Positions 14,151-25,548 of a DNA stretch of 64,000 nucleotides are shown here, in pieces. Within the stretch, counting starts at the first letter, position 1, and each line of letters begins with the position of its first letter. Both the position numbers and the translations under genes were made by a program. Source of the stretch: Epiperipatus broadwayi (taxonomy: Eukaryota > Animalia > Onychophora); NCBI GenBank assembly GCA_028023455.1, contig JAQFVV010000009.1, positions 17,608,001 through 17,672,000 of the forward strand, in the 5' to 3' direction. Below the pieces are notes generated by a model, which worked only from the letters and a program-made list of their open reading frames with translations, had not been told where the DNA came from and did no database searches.

Positions 14151-15206
14151 AATTAATAAAATTGGCTCTATATATACCAACAGAGCCTACCATAAACTAC
14201 CCTGTGGCAGTCACTCTAGAAACAAAAATAGATGCAAAACTAAAAGCCACACTTATCTTATCCGAATATCTGAAAACAGGGATTTTATAATTAATTTTAC
14301 TTTTAAGATATTCAGATCAAAACTTGGTTTTAACTTATTTTAAAAAAAATACATGAGTGGACATCTGATGTTTATCTGATGGCAAAATATTTAAACCACT
14401 AATTAATGAATTTTACAAATTTTAACTAATTAGGCCTATTTTTCTCTTCTCAACCCTCATTTACTTTTTACATAAAATTTGTGGTGTGATTTTTATAAAT
14501 CTAAAAACAGCAAAATTATTTTACTTTTAAATTATAAATGTTTAAATCTATTTAAAGTTAAATATTATTTTATTAAATGAAAACAAATATTACAACTGTA
14601 ATATTTCTAAAATAAATAGATTTAAACAAAATAACTTTAAATAATGAAACTATTAATTTTTATTTAAGTTTTAAAATATATTATCGCAGTATGTGTGTAG
14701 ATTTACTTATATGATCTACTTTTTAAAATGAATATGTGTACATGCACATACTCGCAATCTATAAATTAGTAATGTTAGGGTTTTGAAATTATATTCGTGA
14801 TCTAATTCAGATGGGATTTTGGCATATAAGCGGCAGTACAGACACCCTATGATAAATTGGGGTTTAAACTAGAGTATGAGGGTAGGAAAGAAGTGAGAGA
14901 AGGTGAAACAAAGATTTGTAAAGAAAATCTTATTGTTTCAATATATATAAAGTTTACAAAACTTATAAAATATTATAAATATGAAATTGTTATGTAAAAA
15001 AGATATAATTATTAAATGAAAACAGTTATTCCTTATGCATACATGGACTACATATCAATGTTATAATGGAGAGATGCAATTAGAGAAGGTTCTGATGTCT
15101 TTCAGAAAGAAAAGTTTGTTGCAGAAATTAAAGAACAGCACCATAAAATATCAAACAGAATAATGGATCAGTATTTTTCTGAAAGTTTGTGATGATGGTG
15201 TTCTAG

Positions 15207-15372
15207 CTGTATTTTTATATTGGATTATTTCCATCATCTAATATGTGTGTTGAATGTCTTTAGGAAAGTTTAATTTTATTTAAATATTCCAAATGCAATC
15301 AACTGTTAGTAATTTCTAAAGACATTCAACACACATATTAGATGATGGAAATAGTCCAATGGAAAAATACAG
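15207..15372. repeat. Inverted repeat (~59-bp arms, ~49-bp spacer), probably a decayed PLE terminal fold-back
   Basis: Arm 15207-15264 versus the reverse complement of 15314-15372 differs at about 4 positions. GATGATGG...TTGGATTATTTCCATCATCT...ATGTCTTTAGGAAA resembles CpG-decayed PLE terminal text (GACGATGG...CCATCGTC...ACGTTTCGGAAA). The PLE assignment is inference. Confidence 0.6.
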
Positions 15373-18300
15373 ATCGATCAGTATGTTTGTATATATGCAG
15401 TGGTTCATAGTTAGTTGATATAATCATAACAAAACTCATTTCCATATATATTGTAGCCATATGGATACATTGCTGCATGAAAAAATAAATAGTCATTAGC
15501 ATGCTCCTCAAGTTTCATTTATAATTATTTAATTAATGGAGAAATATTTAATTTTCCCATACATATTTTTTTTTACAATAATAATGGATAGTTGATTCAA
15601 TTAAATGTTTTACTTTTCTTCCCACATGATAATATGAAAATATTTAAAATAAATAGTATAAATGTTTGTAAAAGAGAAAGTATAAAATCTGATAACCAGT
15701 TTCTTTTGTTCTCTCTCTTCAGTAATTATAGTTAATTAACAGTTTTAATTTTTAACTTTGAAAATGTATTAAGAAAATAAATTTTCATCTTTGATCAATT
15801 ACTTTATAAATTTTAATTCTAACTTTAAAAGAGATAAATAAAAGTTTTAAAACAAAAGAAAAAAAAGCTTAACATTTTGTTGAATTTTGTTTTAAAATAA
15901 TTATTCTTTATTTTTTTCTCTTTATCTCTCTCAAAAGAAAAGATAGTGTTTATCAAATCAATCTAATTAATCAGATTATTTTGGGTTTTTTGGGAAAAAA
16001 TTTTTTTTAATTCAAAAGGAATATCTAAAATTGTATGATTCTAAGGGTTTGACTTGTTTTTCTATGTCAATGTTGAAGGAGGGAAATTACTGAACAATTG
16101 TGTTTTTAAAATTGATCTGATTGGTTATTATAAAATTTTGTTATATAGGAGATAGATTATGATTGGTTTGAGACAGGATTGTTCCAAAAAGATTAAAGGG
16201 ATGTGAGTTAGTTAGAAGACCTATGTGTCTTGTAAAAGGTAATCAGTCTTGATCCAGCTGTTGAAAAGAACAGTAAGAGAAAAAAAACTTGACCCAATTA
16301 TTGAAGAGAATAGTAGGAGAAAATGTTTTGATACAGTTGTTGGAGAAGACAGGAGAAAAAGTCCTGTCTTAGCCACTAAAAAAGAAGCAGAAGCCTTATC
16401 TAAGCTGTTAAAGTTTTAACCTGTCAAGAAATGGGGCCAAGTGATTAGCATAGCTGTTTTACAAGCAATTGTTCCAGGGTTTGCTTCCTGGCCAATGCTT
16501 TGATACATTAAAAAAGTTTTAACTAAGCTGACAGAACACTAAGAGTTGTTTTAAAATGTTTTATACAATGAAAACCATTTGCTAAATTCAGTTAAAATCC
16601 AACATCACATTTCTCCGTGTAACCTGCCTTTACTGGAATAAAATGTAAAGGAGAAGAAAAATGCCTTAAAGTAATCTGCAACCTTGACTTCAACTAAGAG
16701 CATGAATTTCCATGTATTAATCTTACATGGTAATTTTATTGGAAAGAAAATGGATAAATTCTTGCTGTTTGTTAAGCTCAAAACATTGCATAGAAAAAAG
16801 GACAAATTAATATATTTGGTTTTAAAACCTTCAGGAAGAAAACTTACATGGAAAAACAGGAAGTTATAACTACAAATAAAGATTTTAATAAAAGAATAAA
16901 ACCATGGTTAAAGATATTTTTATGTGCACATTGTATTTTTATTTATAATTAAAAAGGATTTTTTTAATAAAATAATTGATAATTTGAGTAATTGTATTAA
17001 AACATATTTTTTTCATTTATTTTTTTCCCCAAAAAATTATGTACCAATATTAAGTAAATTTAACTTCTTATCCCTGATTGAAAAATGTATTCCCCTCTAA
17101 CTTTTGTTATTTAAAGAAATAACTTAATAAATTAAAAGTTAATTAATTTAATGAATAGATATCAACTTGTTAATTATAATTTTTATGAAACTATATTTTT
17201 GATAAAATGAATAAGTTTTTGTTTCATATTATCATGTCATTTTTTAATTTATTAATAATCAGTTATTAAATAATTGTTTCAAAATATTTTTAGTGTTAAA
17301 GTTGTTATTTCTCCAGCTATCTGTTACATGAATTGGCAATATGTATGACTTTATTTCAATACAGTTTAGAATTTAGGGGTTTTAAATAATACTATAAAGC
17401 TATTTAATTATATCATATTAAACCTATAAATTGTTGAAAATTATTTAGTCTAAGCAATTATATTTATTTATTTATCTTTTGCTCACTGTAATAGTTTATA
17501 GGGTTTTTGCTCACTGAACTAGTTCAGAGAATAATGGATACTTTTAAAAATTAGATGATAGTGTTTGGACATCCAATTGGTTACCCTGGATGACCCAAAG
17601 GTATCAAGGTATCATCTTTAAAGTTCATGGACTAAATTTTATTTTATTTTTTAATTAAAAATTAAGTTTATAGTTGGTCAATACATTCATAATATAGCCA
17701 GAACATTGATGATGATCAGTATGTTTCAGCATCTCAGCATTATTTTTTATATCATGAGTAATGGATTAGTATTTAAGTATGTGCATCTAGATAATTGTGG
17801 TATATTCTGGCTCAAAGTTTGGCAATGACTAGATAATTAGAATGTCTATGGTGGACCTCTTAAATCCAGTCACAAGGCTGATTGTTGATTTTTGATTGCT
17901 CTGTGTTGATTATTTATGATGATGATTTGATTACTTTTGTTTTAATTCTGGGAGAACTTATTGTTAGTTTTATTATTTGCTGATCTCTCATGCTCATTCC
18001 TTTTAGATTTATTTCTTTTGATTAGTTGTGGAGATGAAAATCATTGATTATTGACCATCTCATATTCACCCTTATTTTCTGTACTATATGAGTTACTATT
18101 ACAGCTGATGAGATAATTTATTTTTCTATATGTATGTACAAAATGGAATAAATGTGTAAAAAATAAATACAAATTAAAAGAGGTAGAGAAGTTGATTAAA
18201 TAAGATATTTTTGAATTATATAAGAATAAAAAATATATATTTAAAATGTTAGAGGACCTAATTATCTAGTGCAAAGTCAGGAGTTTTGGATAACAAGGAA

Positions 18301-19288
18301 ACTACACTTGTGATTTATGTAGAAATGGGAATATTTTATGCATGAATCATTGAAGAGATGGATTAGTAATAATTATTTATTCAGTACTAATGTAATACAC
18401 ATTAGTAGTAACAATAAACAATATGGTAAAGGTTTCACAACAATTGTTTATTTTTAAATTATTTACTTCAGTTAATGAAAATTCAAGAAGTAGTCCACTG
18501 AAACAAGTAAAGTATTGACTCTCCTTTTATAATATTTTCATATTTCTCATATTTTACAAGTTTTCTTAACTTTTTTCCATAAAAAATGATAAAATCAAGC
18601 ATTTATTTCCCAATCAGTCTGTTTTTTTTTAAACAACAACAACATATTCATTTCTTCAATAATGAGATGCTTTATAACATTTTCTGACTTTGGTGCATCA
18701 TTTTTCTCTGCTACAGATATGATCTAATAAAAGCAATTTTGAATTAGTTCTGTACAGAAAGTTTTGTTGATATGATTTGACAAAATTTAAAATTTTTTTG
18801 CAATGACCTGTAAAGTATTTTGTAAAAAGTATTAGTAATTTTTGAATTAAATTCAGACTGTAATATGAACTTACTTACGTTGGTGTTTTTTTAAATGGCA
18901 CGATAGTAGTTCAAAGAATTTTATTATAATAATCTATTTATTATTTTGTTCAGTAGTGTGTATAAATGCTGTTTGACTCATATTTAACAAAGTTAAATAA
19001 TTTATTCAAAAATACCATTTATATGGTTTTTAAATATATATAATACTAATGCAAAGTATGCATAAAAAATACTTAAATAAATTTCTGTGTTGTATTTTAA
19101 TGTGGTGTTTATTTTTATGTATGATGCTAAATAAGAATGTTTTATTTATTTACTTTTTCTTGTTATAATATTATGTTACAGATATTTTATTTTAAAATGT
19201 TTACTTTTTTAAAAAAAATTATATTTGATTTCTTATATCTTTATGAAAGTTAACAAGTGATGTATTGTATTTTATTAATAAGTATTAA

Positions 19289-19638
19289 ATATAGAGGCTT
19301 TGAACTCAGACTTTCAAGCACCTTTCAACTCTTCACACTATCTCATATCACTGATACACATAATCACACACATGTAGAAAAGATCAATAATTACCAATAT
19401 ACGTATTTCGTGCTGAACCAGCACTCATCAGTTGGTCTAGATTATCAACTCTCACACATATATATAATCAGTGCTCAGTTTTATATTGGCGATTATTGAT
19501 CTTTTCTATATGTGTGTGATCATGTGTATCAGTGATATGAGATAGTGTGGAGAGTTGAAAGGTGCTTGAAAGTCTGAGTTCAAATCCCCAATATTTACAA
19601 TTAGGCTCCAGGTATATGAAGAGTGCCTATATTTCAAA
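19289..19638. mobile_element. Hammerhead-bearing retroposed element, family F1 (retrozyme/PLE-like), fold-back copy
   Basis: 16-bp TSD TATTAATAAGTATTAA at 19273-19288 and 19639-19654. Inverted arms 19288-19401 and 19482-19596 have about 5 mismatches in the ~100-bp core. An intact hammerhead lies on the minus strand. Confidence 0.85.
19394..19435 (-). ncRNA. Minimal type I hammerhead ribozyme (intact core)
   Basis: Minus strand reads CCAA-CUGAUGA-GUGCUG guu CAGCAC-GAAA-UACGUA-UA^UUGG. Stem I is CCAA/UUGG, stem II has 6 bp, both catalytic boxes are intact, stem III is the palindrome UACGUA, and the cleavage triplet is AUA. Confidence 0.9.
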
Positions 19639-20620
19639 TATTAATAAGTATTAACAAACAAATATTGAAGAATGCATTTTTTATAAACACCAGTAGGAAC
19701 AATTGAATAGCTTATTGACTACTGTTGTTTTCTCTTATTGTTATCACAAGGGGTTCTCTATTTGGTTCCATAGATTATACATTGCATGAGTAAAATATAC
19801 TTAATAATATAAGAAATTAAATAAGTTTTAACAGATTCATTGAGCTTGATGTTTGCCATAGATGTAGCAGTTATTTTTAGGGTATGTGAAAAACATGTTG
19901 GAATATATTAAGTTAGCATAATTAAAAAGTAAAAAACATTGTATATGGAGATTAGTTAATAACATATATATTAATCATTGTAGGCTGGACATATATATCA
20001 GTGCTCAAAATAAGTTTATTGTAGTTATTTAACTATTATTAAAAATATTTTTTATAAAATTATTTTATATCAGTAAAATAACAATAGTATTTCAATCTCC
20101 TCTTTGATTCATTTTGTGTATATTTTTATAATTTTATTTTTAAAGCTATTGTAATTTTAAAATAAGAAAATATATTAATAAATATTGTGTAATTGATTCT
20201 TTACTGACAAAATATTTGGATCATTGAGTTTTGTTGATTAAAAAAAAAGTAATAATAAAGATGGGTAAACCAAAATCATAAATAATTATAATGAAAACCT
20301 ATATTTGATATTTCAAAATTAATACGGCATATTTTAATTAAGGAAGTGTAAAGAAGTAAATTATTTTATTGGCCATGTTTTCTTTTTTCCAATAAAAGCT
20401 AACTTTAATGACTTATTTAGTTTGTTTAAAGTTTAAAAGAGACAGAAAACATTATTACTAATTTTAAAATGATGATTTAATTTAAAACATTTGATTATTT
20501 CTATTGATTGTGCTATAACTCTACAAGCAGTTTTATATATTTCATTCAGAATGAAAGTTTAAAAAAAAAAAATCAATTTAATTCAATTTAGTAATGGATC
20601 TCTTACAAATATATGAATTA

Positions 20621-20834
20621 ATATAGGAAAGATAATGATCTGGACCAACTGGTAAGTGCTGATTCAGCACGAAATATATATATTGGAGATCATTTATCTT
20701 TTTTTCACATGAGTGTAGTCATGTGATAGTATGAGATAGAATGGATAGCTGAAGGGAGTTTGAAAGTCTGTGTATAAATCCCCTACATTACATCTAAACT
20801 CCAGGTATATTAATTATACTTGTATTAAAATATT
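20621..20834 (+). mobile_element. F1 element copy with mutated hammerhead
   Basis: 14-bp TSD AAATATATGAATTA at 20607-20620 and 20835-20848. At 20645-20686: CCAA-CTGGTAA-GTGCTGattCAGCAC-GAAA-TATATA-TA-TTGG (the CUGAUGA box has two substitutions). Downstream body aligns with 19482-19617. Confidence 0.8.
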
Positions 20835-20899
20835 AAATATATGAATTATTGTTCATTATTTATGAGGAAGATGTAATATATTAATATTGTGTAATGCCA

Positions 20900-21360
20900 A
20901 AAAATATTTTCAGTTTTAATACAAAGAATGGAGATAAACTGATTTAAAAGCTTTAAACATTTATTAAAGTTATTTACATTGATAATTTCTCACAATAATG
21001 GTTGGTTGTTATTTAATAACAATAGACTAAGTGCCTCATGAAAGACCTGGTGCTTTTTTTTTTTGCCAGAAGTTTTTTGCTCCAAGATTAAGCTTACCTG
21101 ATTTTCTATTAATGTTGGTGATTAATATTCAGAAAGTATTTCCCGAACTGTGAATTATTGTTCTGTAAGTAAACTGATTATTCTCACATGGATTTCAGCA
21201 TTTATAAACAATTCTGTTATAATGTAAACAATATTAGTTCACTAACTGGATTATTAGTTTGACTTGTTTGTGCTATTGATTATTTATTTGTTCATTCATT
21301 TATTTGTTGTTATTTAATTGTTTTAGCTGCATTGTTTTTTGAATCCAACTTTTAGAGTTC
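20900..21360. repeat. Diverged dispersed repeat (copy 1), unclassified
   Basis: Colinear blocks shared with ~22975-23450, e.g. GAGATAAACT...TTTAAACATTTATTAAA, AGAAAGTA.TTCCC.A, AAGTAAACTGA.TA.TCTCA, TTTGTGC.ATTGATT. Confidence 0.55.
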
Positions 21361-21399
21361 AATTTGTTAAACAAATCCATTATTCAGGGTAAGTTTTAA

Positions 21400-22080
21400 A
21401 TGTCCACAAACTTTCATTTTTCTGGCTAAAGTTATCCTTGAAATATGTAGTTATTGAGTTATGATGATAGACATGGGGATCATCTGTCATCAATATCTGA
21501 TGTTATTCTTATGACTCTTAGTTTGCTTTATCAATTAGTTCTGCTCAGCTCATTATCATGTGATCTAGTAGGCTCTTCACTGTTACAGAACACTTCAGTA
21601 TCCTTTAACTAGTCTTTGTTTCTGTAATAGTGATGTCTATCCAGGATTTGGACAACCACTATTCATAGGTACTTTGATTCTTTAATTATTTCTGGAATCC
21701 ATGAACTAGCATGATCAATGGTAATCTTTGTCTTGATCTTATAAGAATCAGGTTACTGACTGGTTTTACTCTTTTCTGGCATTTCATTTAATATACAATG
21801 TAACATTAATATTGAACTTAACATTTGATGTCATTATTTAAGCTAAAAAAATCAATATAGGACCTGACCAACATTTTCATTCTCTTGATTGCTAAGTGAT
21901 CAATATGCTTAGCATTTGAGAATAATCTCAGGTGCACAATTTGTAGCATTTGAGAGCAGTCTCATAAGGGATCATTATACTTGATTCTCAGATATCTATT
22001 TTTGACTGAGAACTCCAGTCTGTCTATCCAATAAAGTGGATGCATCTCTTTTGCTTTTTATTTGACCAACCAAACAAATC
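21400..22080 (-). mobile_element. Possible highly decayed LINE RT C-terminal fragment
   Basis: Minus-strand QSKID...YETALK-like text near 21950-22010 recalls the non-LTR RT thumb region (IRS.IDYG..Y.SA). Heavily interrupted. Confidence 0.3.
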
Positions 22081-22249
22081 TATTTATTTGAGATTTGGAA
22101 GTAGTGTGTGAAAGCTGCTACTTTTTGCATCTGTAATCCCACCCCCCACCCCCCCACCCCAGATTTGCTATTATTTTATTTAAGCAGTTATAAAGATGTT
22201 TTAGGTGGAGATTCTGTCCCTTTGGTTTTGATTGGATAAGTTTTTGTCT

Positions 22250-22500
22250 CAGATTTCTAGCTGACTAAACTTAATACCAGACCAACTTTCTTTAATGAAT
22301 GAGACTTCTTCTAGAAATACTTGAGAGATTGCAGAATCAAAGGTTATACTAGGGTCCATTATCAGTTTAATCTTTAGTCTGAGATCTTCTATTCTGCACA
22401 TAAATCAGTCTCATTATATCAATTCTTGAAACTGCACCTCAAAGTTAGTCTTTCATGAGCTATACAGCAAAATCTCTATTCCCTCTTTTCACTCAAATCT
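22250..22500 (-). pseudogene. Isolated LTR-retrotransposon gag fragment
   Basis: Minus strand ...NFEVQFQELI..D.FMCRIEDLRLKIKLIMDPSITFDSAISQ matches the gag pattern (RDQFVCGI.D..L..KLL...LT...A). Confidence 0.55.
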
Positions 22501-22974
22501 GGATTCAACTGTACTTCTGTAACATGGTTAAGAGTTTAGGATGAAAAAGTGCTCCATAGATCTTGATCAAAATTTAGCTTAGATGGAAACTCGGGAGCTG
22601 GCTTTAGATGTGCAATCTCATAGGTTGCTGCATTTATTCATAAATATTACTAATTTAGCTAAGTTTTTTTAATTTGGTTTGTCCTAAGAAAAAAGATAAC
22701 TAAGTACATATATATTGGCCAATTTTTTCAGGTTGTCCGATTCAAACTCTTCCTAGGAACCATCAGAAATATTAATCCCCTGCCCCTGAAGAGGGAAAAA
22801 CATGGCTTTGTTGTCTAAAAAGAAGCAATATTTAGCATATATTTGTTTCTTTTAATTGAGACATATTAATAGGGTTGACCAGTATTGAATGTTTAACTCA
22901 GTTGATAAGGAATTGATCAATTTAGGTAAGCATATTATATTCTACATGTATATTGTTTGAAATAATGTTTATCA

Positions 22975-23450
22975 TTTAATATTAAGAATTGAGATAAACT
23001 CAAAGCAAAAGTTTTAAACATTTATTAAACCTATGTACTTTGATTATTTTATACAATAAATTTGCTATCTATTGGGGATGGCAAGTTACAAACATTTGTT
23101 TGTTACATAGTAACAATAAACTAAGCAAAAATAATGCTATGATTTCCAAAAAACTAGTTTTTTCAGTCTTTTTGTTTTGCCATCTGAAAAATTTGATACA
23201 TATTTATCACTAGCAGCTTCTTGCTCTGAGTTTATGCTTGTCTGATAGCTTTTTAGAAAGTAATTCCCAACCAGAAAATCATGGTACAGCAAGTAAACTG
23301 ACTACTCTCAAAAGGATTTATATATTTATTACAACTCCCCTACTATAATGTTATATATATAAAATTCATTGACCACATTACTTGATTAGCTTTTTTGTGC
23401 CATTGATTGTTTGCTTGCATCTCTGAATCTGAATTTTAGAGGGTTACTGT
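22975..23450. repeat. Diverged dispersed repeat (copy 2), unclassified
   Basis: Colinear with 20900-21360. Confidence 0.55.
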
Positions 23451-23668
23451 TTGTTGGACAAGTCTATTATTAAGGACAAACTGTAAACCAAGTCCACAAC
23501 AAAAGAATCATTTTTGCAACAGAGACAATTGTGTTGATACTGTGCATTTAATAATAATTATGAAAATCTATTATCATGTTATTTACACTTTGCAAATATA
23601 TTTTTGGAATTTTTAAATGGAATACAGAATGATTCAATAATTTCTGCTGAAAATGTTATTTCAGTCAA

Positions 23669-23768
23669 GCGTTGTTAGCCGAGAGGTCATTGCACTCACC
23701 TTGCAAGCAAGTAGTTGGTCGGTTGTGGGTTCACGTCCCGGCCGATGCTATGACATATGAAAAAAAAA
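23669..23768 (+). mobile_element. tRNA-Gly-derived short SINE (copy 1)
   Basis: GCGTTGTTAGCCGAGAGG (A box)...GGTTCACGTCCCGGCCGATGC (B box and acceptor stem), then TATGACATATG and poly(A). Flanked by imperfect AAAATGTT(A/C)TTT direct repeats. Confidence 0.8.
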
Positions 23769-25021
23769 TGTTCTTTTAATTAAATATCCAGCCATGCTTG
23801 AACATCATATGCATTGGCTGAAAAAAAAAATGATTGTAAGAAAAGATAATTGCATAAATGTAGGATAAAATAGCTTTGAAGTGTGAACATTTATCAAGGC
23901 TCCAAACAAACATAAATGTTCAAAGGTACTTTTTGTTTTTTCTCATGGATTAAAAAAGGTGTTATTAATTTTGTCAAAAATCACAATCCAAGATCTAAAA
24001 TCTGCAAAACAATTTATGTTAGCATTTTTTTTCCAGTAGTTTCACATAATACACCAACAAACTAAATAAAGAAGTGAAAAAAGATTTCAATAAGAGATTA
24101 GATAATGGAAGTATAATTGAAGCACTTTATGAATACCAGCAAGATTAGATAACAATGTGTGAAATGAATTTAAAAACCTCTGACAAATAGAACTCAGAAA
24201 CACTTAACATCTCATATGGATACTTAAAATATTTAAATGTTTTCAATAGTTGTTTTTTAATTTACTGCTTTTAATATTTCTTCTTTGACTGATGTTCTAT
24301 ATTATATTTTATAAAATAAAACTAATAATTCTTAATATTGTTTATTAAAAAAATATACATAACTATGATCGGTTTGAAAATTATTGAGATAAGTCTAACA
24401 AAATATCTATGTGCATTCCATGGACGATTTTTTCATATAAATCGATTAGCGATTTTTCTTGAATTAGAAAATATCATATTTATTGCACAAAGTTTCTTGA
24501 TGATGTTTTTGAAAATTGAAATATATTTTGATTTTATTATGGTTAAGAAATAAATTAATAGGTGTTTATAATTCATACCATTTAAAAAAACTAAGACATT
24601 AAACTTACTGTATGCTCTACGTATTAAAATTCTGTCTTTCCTCAAGTAACATTATTTTACATTTTAATCTTAACTATACACTCTCTACCATTGTATTTGT
24701 AACTCCAAATAGAATTTAAAATAATGCTCAAAAGACTATTGAATATGAGTTATCAATATTAATACTATAGTTCAAATCTAAGAAAAACAATAAAAAAAAT
24801 TTTTTTAAAAAGGTATACTAAGAACCATACAATATCATTTGAAAATCCTACATCATTACACTATTGAGAAAGTATTTTAGAAATCTATCTAGTAATATTT
24901 AAACACAAGCATAGTTTAATACATATATATAAACCGTTTAAAAATATTATTTCAATTATAATTACAATATTATTTTTAATTAACGGATATTTTTATTTAT
25001 TTTATATATATATTAAACTAG

Positions 25022-25222
25022 ATGCAATTAGAGATTTGAACCCAGACTTTCAAGCTCCCTTTAGTCATGCACTCCACTTTATCCAACCAATACACATGAC
25101 CACATACATGTAAAAAAGATAAATGATCTCCAATATATGTATTTTGTGCTGAACTAGCACTTATCAATTCATCCAGGTCATCATCTCCCATGCATGTATA
25201 TAATCAGTACTTGGTTTATATT
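25022..25222 (-). mobile_element. F1 element copy with dead hammerhead
   Basis: Aligns with 19290-19487. The hammerhead at ~25130-25170 reads TTGATAA-GTGCTAgttCAGCAC-AAAA-TACATA-TA-TTGG on the minus strand, so both boxes are mutated. Confidence 0.75.
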
Positions 25223-25341
25223 AAGATGGCAAATCTTCAAACTTTAATTAAATCTATCTGCTATGTCTGAGGGTTTCTACCTTTCAGAAAACCAGTCAGA
25301 TAGTATAAAAAAATAATGAGCATACTCTTGCTATTATATAT

Positions 25342-25536
25342 ATATATAAAATACATATTTTGCGGGTTCATCCGTGTTAAAAACTTTTAATATCAATACA
25401 CTGACGTTTCGACTTGTGTCACACAAGCCATCCACAAGTCGAAACGTCAGTGTATTGATATTAAAAGTTTTTAACACGGATGAACCCGCAAAATATGTAT
25501 TTTATATATTTAACCCGTGCAAATCTTCGTTTTAAC
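25342..25536. mobile_element. PLE-type terminal fragment, family F3, forming a perfect 77-bp hairpin with a truncated hammerhead
   Basis: Arms 25342-25418 and 25433-25509 are exact reverse complements with a 14-nt loop. Minus strand reads GA-U-GGCUUGUG uga CACAAGUC-GAAA-CG-UC^AGUG, i.e. hammerhead stem II, GAAA and a GUC site with the CUGAN part missing. Inserted in (TA)n; CpGs retained. Confidence 0.75.
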
Positions 25537-25548
25537 ATATATATATAT

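Noticed and set aside
16180-16600. Purine-rich coding-like stretch (KKKLDPIIEENSRRKC...)
   Set aside because: Interrupted, with no recognisable domain and no second copy in the window.
17760-18100. Possible non-LTR retroelement C-terminal fragment on the minus strand
   Set aside because: Too decayed to assign.
18840-18935. Possible small host exon on the minus strand ending CAAC|GTAAGT
   Set aside because: A good donor but a weak acceptor, a low-complexity peptide and no partner exons.
19288-19596. Host pre-miRNA genes for the long hairpins (also 15207, 25342, 38046)
   Set aside because: The hairpins are explained by inverted segments of multi-copy retroposed elements flanked by TSDs; small-RNA output remains untested.
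23669-23768. Functional tRNA-Gly gene (also copies at 36777 and 62401)
   Set aside because: The anticodon and variable regions are disrupted by insertions, and poly(A) tails and TSDs indicate retroposed SINEs.
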